51,290 bases of DNA from positions 1 through 51,290 of the forward strand of contig JAWLEN010000004.1 in the NCBI GenBank assembly GCA_041686095.1, written 5' to 3'. Source of the DNA: Candidatus Aminicenantes bacterium. GTDB taxonomy: Bacteria > Acidobacteriota > Aminicenantia > Aminicenantales > Aminicenantaceae. Of the stretch, positions 27,516 through 35,458 are shown in pieces. The notes beneath the pieces were generated by a model that was not told the DNA's origin, made no database searches, and worked only from the letters and a program-made list of their open reading frames with translations. The position numbers and the translations under genes are program-made. The stretch's first letter is position 1, and each line of letters opens with the position of its first letter.

Positions 27516-28427
27516 ATGATTGAAAATCTATTTTCTCTGGATAAAATTTCTGTCTATCAATTCAGCAGACTATTAGACCTTACTTTCAAGATAAAAGAAA
27601 AACCAAAGCAATTCAAAGAGAATCTTTCTGGGAAAATCATAGCCGGAGTGTTTGAAAAACCGTCTTTTTTCCCAAGTGTTAGTTTCCAGATTGCTGTTTC
27701 TTCTCTTAAAGGAGAAAATTTGTTTTTGAAATATTCTGATCTACAGACTAAAAACAAAAAATTATCCTTAGTGTCGTGCAAATGCCTTGAGCAGTGGGCG
27801 GATGGCATAGTCATAGAAGCAAACAATCATAAACATATTCTTGAAATGGGAGAAATGGTCAAAATTCCCATAATAAATGCGAATTCAGGAAGTTTCTCTC
27901 CCTGCCAGGCTTTAGCTGATTTCTTCACCATAAAAGAGCAGTGCAAAGACCTTACAGATATAAAATTAGCTTTCATCGGGAATCAAAAAAATATTTGTCA
28001 AAGCCTGCTTCTAGCCTCAGCTACAGCCGGGACATATATACATATCGCTGCTCCAAAAAAATACCAGCCCGAACATAAGGTCATGGATAGAGCTGAAGAA
28101 AAGGGGAAAGATACTCAATTTAACTACAAAATAACAGAAAACCCCTTAGAAGCCGCTTCAGATGCTGATATCATATATTATTCCTATAACGATTCAAATT
28201 CTTCCCCAACCAGTGAACAAAACTTCCTATTTAAAGACCAACTTCTCTCCTCTTCCAAAAAAGACATTCTCTTTATGTTCAGCCTTACCTCTGAGGAATG
28301 GGGAAAAAGTCTTTACAAAAAGATTCCTTCAAATCAGTCATTAATTTTCAGTCAGGCTGATAATAGGCTTCATATTACGAAAGCGATTATGGTATCATTA
28401 ATAAAAGAAAAGAAAAGAGAAATATAA
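27516..28427 (+). CDS. Aspartate/ornithine carbamoyltransferase-fold protein with degenerate active site (probable pseudoenzyme)
   Basis: 303 aa that aligns end to end with OTCases ('GKIIAGVFEKPS...', 'IPIINA', 'CQALADFFT', 'FSQADNRLHITKAIMV'). However, STRTR is replaced by SFFPS, HPxQ by SPCQ, DxW by SYN and HCLP by FSLT. AGGAGG lies 4 nt before ATG 27516. Confidence 0.8.
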   Translation: MIENLFSLDKISVYQFSRLLDLTFKIKEKPKQFKENLSGKIIAGVFEKPSFFPSVSFQIAVSSLKGENLFLKYSDLQTKNKKLSLVSCKCLEQWADGIVIEANNHKHILEMGEMVKIPIINANSGSFSPCQALADFFTIKEQCKDLTDIKLAFIGNQKNICQSLLLASATAGTYIHIAAPKKYQPEHKVMDRAEEKGKDTQFNYKITENPLEAASDADIIYYSYNDSNSSPTSEQNFLFKDQLLSSSKKDILFMFSLTSEEWGKSLYKKIPSNQSLIFSQADNRLHITKAIMVSLIKEKKREI

Positions 28428-28429
28428 AA

Positions 28430-30619
28430 ATGGCTAAGTCAAGCGAAAACACAAAAGTAATAAAAAAAGACCTCGATTTTATACAGGAAAAACTTTCAAA
28501 ACAAAACAATGTCCCTACTTTAGAAGAACTCACAGAAAGTCTCGCTTACAAAAAAAATGCAAGGCAGTTAAATCAAGAAGTCTTAAAATACGATCCAGAA
28601 TGCACCTATGAAGTCAATGACCTGATTTGTAAAAAATACGATGAACCTCTTGTAATAAGCAGCAAAGAAAAAAAACATTTTCAAGGTAGAGTTGTCCTCA
28701 AAGTCACGAACAAAATGAAATATCCTGATTTTAACTGTGAAATGCTCGAAGTGGATTACACCGGAGGAGGGATATTCCGCAAGCATATAGACTATATGAA
28801 AAGAAAAAACACCCAAGTGCTTCTCCCCGCAGCCCAAGGCAAGTGCAAAACTCCTGAAGTAATAAAAAAAGAAGACGACCCAAGACTTCATAGGCTCCCC
28901 ATGACAGAGAAAGACATGAAAACCTTGAGCGTAAATCTCAGAAAATCGATTTCAAAATCTGACGAATTCTTTGGTTGGAATGAACACTGGCAGCTAACTA
29001 AAAAGAAAATTGAAATTCCCGATGATAAAATAGAAAAAATAGAAAAACTTTTCAGAGAAAAAAAACAATCAGCTTCCACTGAAAAATTAATTGAAAAATT
29101 TTTCAACATAAAACCTGAAGATGACAAATTTGGCATATATTGTCTGAGTTTAAATCACATTTTAAATAAGAAATATAAGAAGATATTTGTTTGTGTTTCC
29201 ACTGATAAATGGGGCAAATGGTTTTTGAAAGAAATCCTTGACTCTTTTTTAAAAGACCTGCCCTTATCCGCAGAAAAAGCGGAACTTCCCCATCTAGAAG
29301 AAGAAACATATGAACCCATAAAAACAAAAGAACAAAAATTTCCTCTTAAAATTTATCTTTCATGGAGAGAAGTTTTATCAGGCGGCATAAAAATGCCACC
29401 AGCACTTAAAAAAGAACTCTCAGATACAAGAGAATATGTTTTCACAGATGAAGAGGAGGGTAAAGATTTCACAACCTTTTACTACCCTGACTTGAATATA
29501 TTTCTAGGGTTGGATGAATTCTACAATAAATACTTTATCCCTCAAGGAGCCAGTCTGACTTTAAAGAAAGAAGACTCAAACCATGTAAGCTTCCGTCTAA
29601 AAAAATCAAAAAAGAAGCTCACGCTTCCTTATCTTGGATACAATGCAAAAAAGGATGAATTTTCTATTTCTGAAAACGAAATATCAACATATGCTCTTCC
29701 CAATAAAATAATCTTTATCGAGCATGAATCACTTAAAAACCTACTTAAACTGTCAGAACAGATAAAAAAGAAGGATCTGCGGGAGCTCCTCATCATTGTA
29801 TTTAAAAACTTTGGCTTTGAAGGAGAAAGACAAACTCTACATTATAGAAAAGCATTCCACCTTGTTGACACACTCAAACACACCTCTCTCGAAGATATAG
29901 AAAAAACCTTATGTCTGTCGCCAGAGTTTGCCATGTCAGAGAAAAAGAAGGGCTTGTTTTTCTATCATGAAAAAATAAAAACCGAAGAAGATTTGGAGTT
30001 TGAAGAGCCATCTAAAACTGAGGAAGAGTTAAAAGCAGAAGAAAAAATATTGGAAGCCCAAGAGGAAGCCCTTCCTGAAATCGGCACAGTCGGGGAAATC
30101 AGCACTCCAGAAATACATCTTGAAGAAAAAAAAGAAATAAAACCCCCTGAGAAAAGGAAACCAGCAAAGAAAAAAGAAAAGAAAAAGCCCAAACCAAAAC
30201 CGAAACCTCCCCCAAGGGAAGAAGAAGAGATTGTTGTTGAAGAACCTCCTTTAGAGAAAAGACAAAGAAAAGCCGAAAAGAAGGAAGTTGAGTTTGCAAA
30301 ACCAGCCCGCAGTAAAAAAGGGAAAAAAAGAATAATCGAGGAACAGATCGAACAGGAAGAATCAGAATTAGAAGCTTTCTTTGCTGTGAAAACAGATGAA
30401 GAAAAAGAAATAGAAGAAGAGGGGATAGAGCACCTGAAACCCAAACCAGAAGAAAAAAAAGAATTTAAAAAACCTGAACAAAAAGAACCGCTGGCAGGAG
30501 GACTGTTTGGAGAAAAATTGAAGTCAGCCTTAAATAAATCAGCCCCAAATAAAAAAGAAGATAAAAAGCCAAAAAAGAAGGAAACAAAGGAAACATTAGA
30601 TAAAAAGAATAAGAAATGA
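28430..30619 (+). CDS. Hypothetical 729-aa protein with long Lys/Glu/Pro-rich C-terminal tail
   Basis: A long uninterrupted ORF that starts 2 nt after the preceding stop. The N-terminal about 520 aa have ordinary composition, while the C-terminal about 200 aa are low complexity ('KKKEKKKPKPKPKPPPREEEE'). I recognise no family motif. Confidence 0.75.
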   Translation: MAKSSENTKVIKKDLDFIQEKLSKQNNVPTLEELTESLAYKKNARQLNQEVLKYDPECTYEVNDLICKKYDEPLVISSKEKKHFQGRVVLKVTNKMKYPDFNCEMLEVDYTGGGIFRKHIDYMKRKNTQVLLPAAQGKCKTPEVIKKEDDPRLHRLPMTEKDMKTLSVNLRKSISKSDEFFGWNEHWQLTKKKIEIPDDKIEKIEKLFREKKQSASTEKLIEKFFNIKPEDDKFGIYCLSLNHILNKKYKKIFVCVSTDKWGKWFLKEILDSFLKDLPLSAEKAELPHLEEETYEPIKTKEQKFPLKIYLSWREVLSGGIKMPPALKKELSDTREYVFTDEEEGKDFTTFYYPDLNIFLGLDEFYNKYFIPQGASLTLKKEDSNHVSFRLKKSKKKLTLPYLGYNAKKDEFSISENEISTYALPNKIIFIEHESLKNLLKLSEQIKKKDLRELLIIVFKNFGFEGERQTLHYRKAFHLVDTLKHTSLEDIEKTLCLSPEFAMSEKKKGLFFYHEKIKTEEDLEFEEPSKTEEELKAEEKILEAQEEALPEIGTVGEISTPEIHLEEKKEIKPPEKRKPAKKKEKKKPKPKPKPPPREEEEIVVEEPPLEKRQRKAEKKEVEFAKPARSKKGKKRIIEEQIEQEESELEAFFAVKTDEEKEIEEEGIEHLKPKPEEKKEFKKPEQKEPLAGGLFGEKLKSALNKSAPNKKEDKKPKKKETKETLDKKNKK

Positions 30620-31690
30620 CAATATTTTATGAACAGAACCTTCTCTTCTTATCACCCCCTTTTCATTTAATAATTCTAAGAGAGGAATCGCGTACTTCCT
30701 GGATAAACCAGACATTTTTTTAAATTCAGCAACCGTTATTTCTTTAGATCCTGATTCTTGAAGAAAAGAAATCAATTGATCAAGCCAATCTGAAAAAAAA
30801 ATAAATCCATCCTTTCCATGAACAACTTTTCTTCTTCTTAACAGGATATCAAACAAGCGGTCAAATCTTTCTGAAGACACACCAAACATATCCTGTAATT
30901 TTTCAAAAGAATATTTCTTAAACTCACCTTTTTTACACATCTCTTCCATTTTTCTTAAGATTCTCTCGTCCGCTTTTGAAATATTCTCGCTGGGAGAAGA
31001 AAGGGCTAATTTATCATTTTTTTCATTGATTCTGTTTAAATATTTCAAATAGTTGATTGTTAAATCAACCACTTTAGGATGGGCATTGAGACTTTTTTTT
31101 ATCTCTTCAACACTCAAGCCTTTTCGCTTGGCGTCTGCCTTACAGCAGTCTTTGATTAAACGTATAATTTTTTTCCCAAAAAGATCCAAACTCATTCGGG
31201 GAATTATCATGATTGGATTAAAGGATACTATTCTTACTTTCTTTTCCTGCTCTAACCATTGACATAAAGTTATAATTTGTTTTTTGGAAAGCCCTGAAAA
31301 ATCTGATATTTCCTTTTGCCCTAATCCTTGAAATCCTTTTTTCTTGGCTAGAGCAAAGATCATGCTGTCTTCATTTTTATTCAGCTGTTTTAAAAACTCT
31401 TCATGCTCTCTCAGGTCTTCAGGAATCTCGTCTCCGGCCTCTGGGATAAGCACTTTTCCCTCTGCAATCAACTCATCAGTTTCAAGGTTATTAAGCATGA
31501 ATCTGTCTTTCCACTTAACTTGGATTTTTTTTCTGGTTTGAATCCGGACAAATTTTTCTTTAGCTTTCTTGTTAGCAAAGGGATAAAAAAATACTGAAGC
31601 TCTCAACCTCTTGTCAAAGACAACCACCGTATCTTCAGAGATGATTTCTTTTTCTCGGTCTCTTAAATTTAATACGGCTTCAAAATACAT
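30596..31690 (-). CDS. SelB-like protein consisting only of domain III plus winged-helix (SECIS-binding-type) domains; no GTPase domain
   Basis: The C-terminus 'ITVAEFKKMSGLSRKYAIPLLELLNEKGVIRREG' matches the terminal SelB winged helix. 'KDRFMLNNLETDELIAEGKVLIPE' resembles the end of SelB domain III (GDRFILR...TIGGG.VL.P). No G1-G5 motifs are present, and only 24 nt separate it from rnr. Confidence 0.65.
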   Translation of the reverse strand: MYFEAVLNLRDREKEIISEDTVVVFDKRLRASVFFYPFANKKAKEKFVRIQTRKKIQVKWKDRFMLNNLETDELIAEGKVLIPEAGDEIPEDLREHEEFLKQLNKNEDSMIFALAKKKGFQGLGQKEISDFSGLSKKQIITLCQWLEQEKKVRIVSFNPIMIIPRMSLDLFGKKIIRLIKDCCKADAKRKGLSVEEIKKSLNAHPKVVDLTINYLKYLNRINEKNDKLALSSPSENISKADERILRKMEEMCKKGEFKKYSFEKLQDMFGVSSERFDRLFDILLRRRKVVHGKDGFIFFSDWLDQLISFLQESGSKEITVAEFKKMSGLSRKYAIPLLELLNEKGVIRREGSVHKILSFLILFI

Positions 31691-31714
31691 TGGGATGTAA
31701 ATAACCTGTCTTTT

Positions 31715-33769
31715 TTATGCCAGCTGTAAGTTCATCCTTTTTTCTTCAGGATTTACAGAAACAATCACGACTTTTACTTTTTTTCCTATACTGTATTTTT
31801 TTCCAGTCATCCGTCCTGTTACCATTTTATCACCTTTTTTTAAATAATAATCCTCCTTCATATCATGATAAAGTATGATTCCAGTGACAAAATAACTGTC
31901 CAATTCCACCATGAGTCCAGATTTTGAAACTCCCACTATAAACCCCGTGAATACCTCTCCGATCTTCTCTTTCAGTATTCGGTAAATCCTCCATTCTAAT
32001 AAGTCTTTCTCTGCTTCTTCTGCATTCCTTTCTCTGTTAGAGCAGTGTTCGGCTAGGGACCCCAGATCAGAAAGAACAGTATTTGAACCATCAAGCACAC
32101 TTTTCAATATTCTGTGGACAATTAAATCAGGGTACCTTCTTATGGGAGAAGTAAAGTGAGTGTAATGCCTTTTCCCTAAACCAAAATGACCTGTGTTTTT
32201 TGGTGAATAAACAGCAAGTTGAAGGCTCTTCAACAATTCCAAGACAAGAAATTTCTCATCTGGCCGGCCTTTTATTTGTTTTAAAACCGACTGAATATCT
32301 TTGGGCTGGACCGGATACTTTGCCTGCATTGACAAACCAAAATAATCCAGCATCTCTCTTGATCTTTCTATATCTTTTTTTGCTGGAGGAGGATGGACTC
32401 TGTATAACACAGGCATATCCATACCTGAAATAAAAAGGGCCACAGCTTCATTAGCAGCCAGCATAAATTCCTCAATAAGCCAGTGGGCCTCATTCGGTTT
32501 AAAAGGAACCACTGAATCCAGCACGCCTCTTCTATAAACCAATTCTGGCTCAGCCAACTCAAAATCCAGACTTCCTGACTCAAGCCTCCTCTTCCTCAAA
32601 AGAGATGCCAATTTTCTCATATTCATCAAATCAGAGACAACAAAAGAATAATTTTTCTTCTCTTCTTCATCACCTAAAAAAATCTTATACACCGATTTAT
32701 AGGTCAATCTTGCTTGAGTCCGAATCACAGAACGGAAAAAATTTTTTTTCGTCACTTCTCCATTCCGGTTGATTTCAAGGACAACAGAAACGGTCATCTT
32801 GTCCTCTCTAGGTCTTAAGCTGCAAACCTGATTTGACAGCTTTTCAGGGAGCATGGGAAGAGTTGAATCAGGAAAATAAACACTGGTTCCTCTTAAATAA
32901 GCTTCCTTGTCTATAGGAGAACCTTTTTCAACATAATAAGAGACATCCGCAATATGAACTCCCAAACGATATCTTCCTTCATCGAGCATCTTGATGCTGA
33001 CCGCATCATCAAAATCTCTGGAATCTTCACCATCAATGGTTACAGAAATCCAATCCCGGAAATCCTTCCTGTTTTTGATTTCTTTAGAATCGAATTTTGT
33101 TTCTATCTGCTCTGCTTGTTGAAACGCATCAGATTGAAAAGAGGAGGGCAATCCATATTTTCTGATTATGACTTCTGTATCAACTCCCGGGTCACTTGGC
33201 CTTCCTAAGACTTTCACCAACTGATTCTTCGGGCGCTCTAACTCAATGATAACACCCTCTTCCAGCCCATGTCTGGACTCAGGTTTGAAGGGAATCCCTT
33301 CTTTAGAGGGAGAATCAAAAGGAAAACATAAATCCCGGCCCTTGATTCTCTTATAAACACCTAGGAGGGTCTTTTTCTCCCTTTTCACAATTCGGACAAT
33401 GCTTCCCTCTGGTTTTCCTTTTTTCTGATTATAAGAATACGCTACTTCCACTTCATCTCCCAACAGGGCACTTCCTGATTTTCCGGGAGGGATAAATATA
33501 TCTTTGAGTTGCTTGTGATGGGGTTTCACAAATCCATAATCCTTGACTACTGAAATCAATTTTCCTGTTATCAACTCTGTTCCCCGATGTAAATAATACT
33601 TCCCCCCCATTCTAAAAACCAAACCAGCTCGCTCTAGTTGTTTGAGCTTACTCCTGAGATTCTTTTTCTCCTGGGGATTCGTGTTCAGCTTTTGAGCTAT
33701 CTTATGGAATCTGATCCCATAACTGTGCTTTTTTAAAAGTTTAAGGATTTTTTCTATCATGAAATACAA
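31715..33769 (-). CDS. rnr: Ribonuclease R
   Basis: It has an N-terminal winged helix and cold-shock domains, an RNB catalytic domain ('SRDFDDAVS'), 'HFGL...YTHFTSPIRRYPDL', and a C-terminal S1 domain. The start is TTG 33769 or ATG 33760. Confidence 0.95.
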   Translation of the reverse strand: MYFMIEKILKLLKKHSYGIRFHKIAQKLNTNPQEKKNLRSKLKQLERAGLVFRMGGKYYLHRGTELITGKLISVVKDYGFVKPHHKQLKDIFIPPGKSGSALLGDEVEVAYSYNQKKGKPEGSIVRIVKREKKTLLGVYKRIKGRDLCFPFDSPSKEGIPFKPESRHGLEEGVIIELERPKNQLVKVLGRPSDPGVDTEVIIRKYGLPSSFQSDAFQQAEQIETKFDSKEIKNRKDFRDWISVTIDGEDSRDFDDAVSIKMLDEGRYRLGVHIADVSYYVEKGSPIDKEAYLRGTSVYFPDSTLPMLPEKLSNQVCSLRPREDKMTVSVVLEINRNGEVTKKNFFRSVIRTQARLTYKSVYKIFLGDEEEKKNYSFVVSDLMNMRKLASLLRKRRLESGSLDFELAEPELVYRRGVLDSVVPFKPNEAHWLIEEFMLAANEAVALFISGMDMPVLYRVHPPPAKKDIERSREMLDYFGLSMQAKYPVQPKDIQSVLKQIKGRPDEKFLVLELLKSLQLAVYSPKNTGHFGLGKRHYTHFTSPIRRYPDLIVHRILKSVLDGSNTVLSDLGSLAEHCSNRERNAEEAEKDLLEWRIYRILKEKIGEVFTGFIVGVSKSGLMVELDSYFVTGIILYHDMKEDYYLKKGDKMVTGRMTGKKYSIGKKVKVVIVSVNPEEKRMNLQLA

Positions 33770-34408
33770 TCAATAATAAAATAATGAAACATAAGGTATT
33801 TTATACTTCTCTCTAGCCGTCTTAATGAGTTTTTTTTCAGCAATCTGATTTTTTTCTGACTCTTGGTTTATATTATACTCATCTATGGCTTTCTGTCTAT
33901 GTCTTTCCATCTCATGAGGAGCCGCATGCTCTAATAATAATCGGTTGACTTGCTCGTCCCTTCTTTCAAGAGCATCTTCATCAACTTCATCCAAAGATAA
34001 ATCCTCCAGGATATCCAAATAAATCTCCTTAAGATAAGACACCTCTTTTGAGATATTTTTTATAAAGGTCTTGATTTCAGCTTTGACTATTTCAACTCTT
34101 TCGCTACTTGTCTGACCCACATTCTTCTTTCCCACTTTCCTTTCTTTGTAGAGATCATAAGCTGTGGATACAAAACGCCTGCAAAAAGTCAGAGTGAAAT
34201 TTTTTCGTGATCCGGTGTTCTTCCGGAAATATTCATAAGCTGTTTTTATTCCTTCCAACACTGTGTCCAATTGAATATGACGCTCCTCCCATTCCTCAAT
34301 AATATCTATTTCTCTGGGGGAAAGAATGAAAGGAGCTCCTCTTAAGCTGAATAAAAGGCGGGCAATGGTTTGATAATAGTGTTCTGGCTGGGAATCGTAC
34401 TTATTCAT
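33770..34408 (-). CDS. Hypothetical protein (helical, acidic/basic C-terminal half)
   Basis: 212-aa ORF packed tightly between coaX and rnr. 'LSPREIDIIEEWEERHIQLDTVLEGIK' loosely resembles DnaD-type repeats, but no firm family assignment is possible by eye. Confidence 0.6.
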   Translation of the reverse strand: MNKYDSQPEHYYQTIARLLFSLRGAPFILSPREIDIIEEWEERHIQLDTVLEGIKTAYEYFRKNTGSRKNFTLTFCRRFVSTAYDLYKERKVGKKNVGQTSSERVEIVKAEIKTFIKNISKEVSYLKEIYLDILEDLSLDEVDEDALERRDEQVNRLLLEHAAPHEMERHRQKAIDEYNINQESEKNQIAEKKLIKTAREKYKIPYVSLFYY

Positions 34409-34422
34409 TTTTTTTCAATTGT

Positions 34423-35205
34423 TCAATCCTTGGTGAATTGTTTTCTGTTTATGTCGTATATCAACCTAAGCCCTTGAAGAACAAGTTCGGAATCATGATA
34501 ATCAATGCTTTCAAGTTCATCAAAAATAAGAGAAGAAAATCCCCCTGTCCCAACAACCTTAACATTTTCACCCAGTTCCTTTTTCATTTCCTTGATAATA
34601 TTGGAGATAAGGCCCACATAGCCAAAATAAAGCCCTGAATGCATACTGGAAACAGTGCTTTTCCCGATGCATTTTTTTATTTTTTTAATCTCTATTCTGG
34701 GAAGCTTTGCTGTTTTGTGATAAAGCGCTTCAGCTGATATCTGAATTCCAGGCGCAATAGCCCCTCCCAGATATTCCCCCTTATTAGACACAGCATCAAA
34801 AGTGGTGGCTGTGCCAAAGTCAACCACAATGCAGGGGGATCCATAGCGATGTCGAGCCGCCACCGCTGATGCGATTCGATCCGCTCCCACTTCATGAGGA
34901 TTATCATAGAGAATAGGCATCCCTGTTTTTATGCCGGGACTGACTTCAAATGCTCTCTTTTTAAACAGTCTTTGGATTAATTTTTGGAAAACTGGATTGA
35001 GAGGAGGCACAACACTCGATATGATAACTCCCTTTACCTCAGATATCTTGAGTCTGGAAAGAGAAAACAAATTCATGAGAGTCACTTGATACTCATCACA
35101 AGTTTTCTCCCTTTCTGATCGGATCTGCCATTTTTGAACTAAATCACTTCCTCTAAATACGCCTAAAGCAATGCTCGTGTTTCCAATATCAACGGCTAAA
35201 AGCAT
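34423..35205 (-). CDS. coaX: Type III pantothenate kinase
   Basis: 'LLAVDIGNTSIALGVF', 'VGADRIASAVAA' and 'VDFGTATTFD' motifs. AAGGAG SD upstream. Confidence 0.95.
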   Translation of the reverse strand: MLLAVDIGNTSIALGVFRGSDLVQKWQIRSEREKTCDEYQVTLMNLFSLSRLKISEVKGVIISSVVPPLNPVFQKLIQRLFKKRAFEVSPGIKTGMPILYDNPHEVGADRIASAVAARHRYGSPCIVVDFGTATTFDAVSNKGEYLGGAIAPGIQISAEALYHKTAKLPRIEIKKIKKCIGKSTVSSMHSGLYFGYVGLISNIIKEMKKELGENVKVVGTGGFSSLIFDELESIDYHDSELVLQGLRLIYDINRKQFTKD

Positions 35206-35240
35206 CTTTAATCTCCTTTTTCAAATCCTCACCTTAGGGT

Positions 35241-35249
35241 ATTGTATCA
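35241..35249 (-). promoter_or_regulatory. Putative extended -10 promoter of coaX (TGATACAAT)
   Basis: The minus strand reads TGaTACAAT about 36 nt upstream of the coaX ATG, with the AAGGAG SD in between. Confidence 0.35.
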
Positions 35250-35284
35250 ACAACCTGACGTTTGTGGAAGTATTTCACCCAGAC

Positions 35285-35311
35285 CTATTCATAAAAAAAT
35301 GACGATGTTTT
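35285..35311 (-). repeat. Dispersed 27-nt element, copy A (AAAACATCGTCATTTTTTTATGAATAG on minus strand)
   Basis: 26/27 identical to 45794..45820 (plus strand). In both loci it points toward the downstream gene (coaX here, apgM there) and ends 33-39 nt upstream of the predicted -10. Confidence 0.7.
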
Positions 35312-35320
35312 TATTATAAC

Positions 35321-35333
35321 CGCCATTTTTTTA
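35321..35333 (+). repeat. Partial plus-strand copy of the same element (CGCCATTTTTTTA)
   Basis: 13/13 identical to 45801..45813. It forms an imperfect inverted repeat with 35293..35304 (AAAAAAATGACG versus AAAAAAATGGCG). Confidence 0.55.
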
Positions 35334-35458
35334 CCATTGTGGCGAGCCGATCTGAAATTCAGATATGGCTTGTGCTCCGTTCAGATTTTTAACGCCGTTC
35401 TTCTTCAAAGTCGCTTCAGCCACACCTGAATTTCATCAGGCTCATAAAACATTGACTC

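Noticed and set aside
30130-30300. KPKPKP and Lys/Glu repeats as a DNA tandem repeat or CRISPR-like array
   Set aside because: The repeats are short, imperfect codon-level repeats inside a coding frame. There is no repeat-spacer periodicity.
29965-30444. A 159-aa Ser/Phe-rich ORF on the minus strand
   Set aside because: It is the antisense mirror of the GAA/AAA/AAG-rich tail of the 729-aa gene, a typical shadow ORF with a low-complexity translation.
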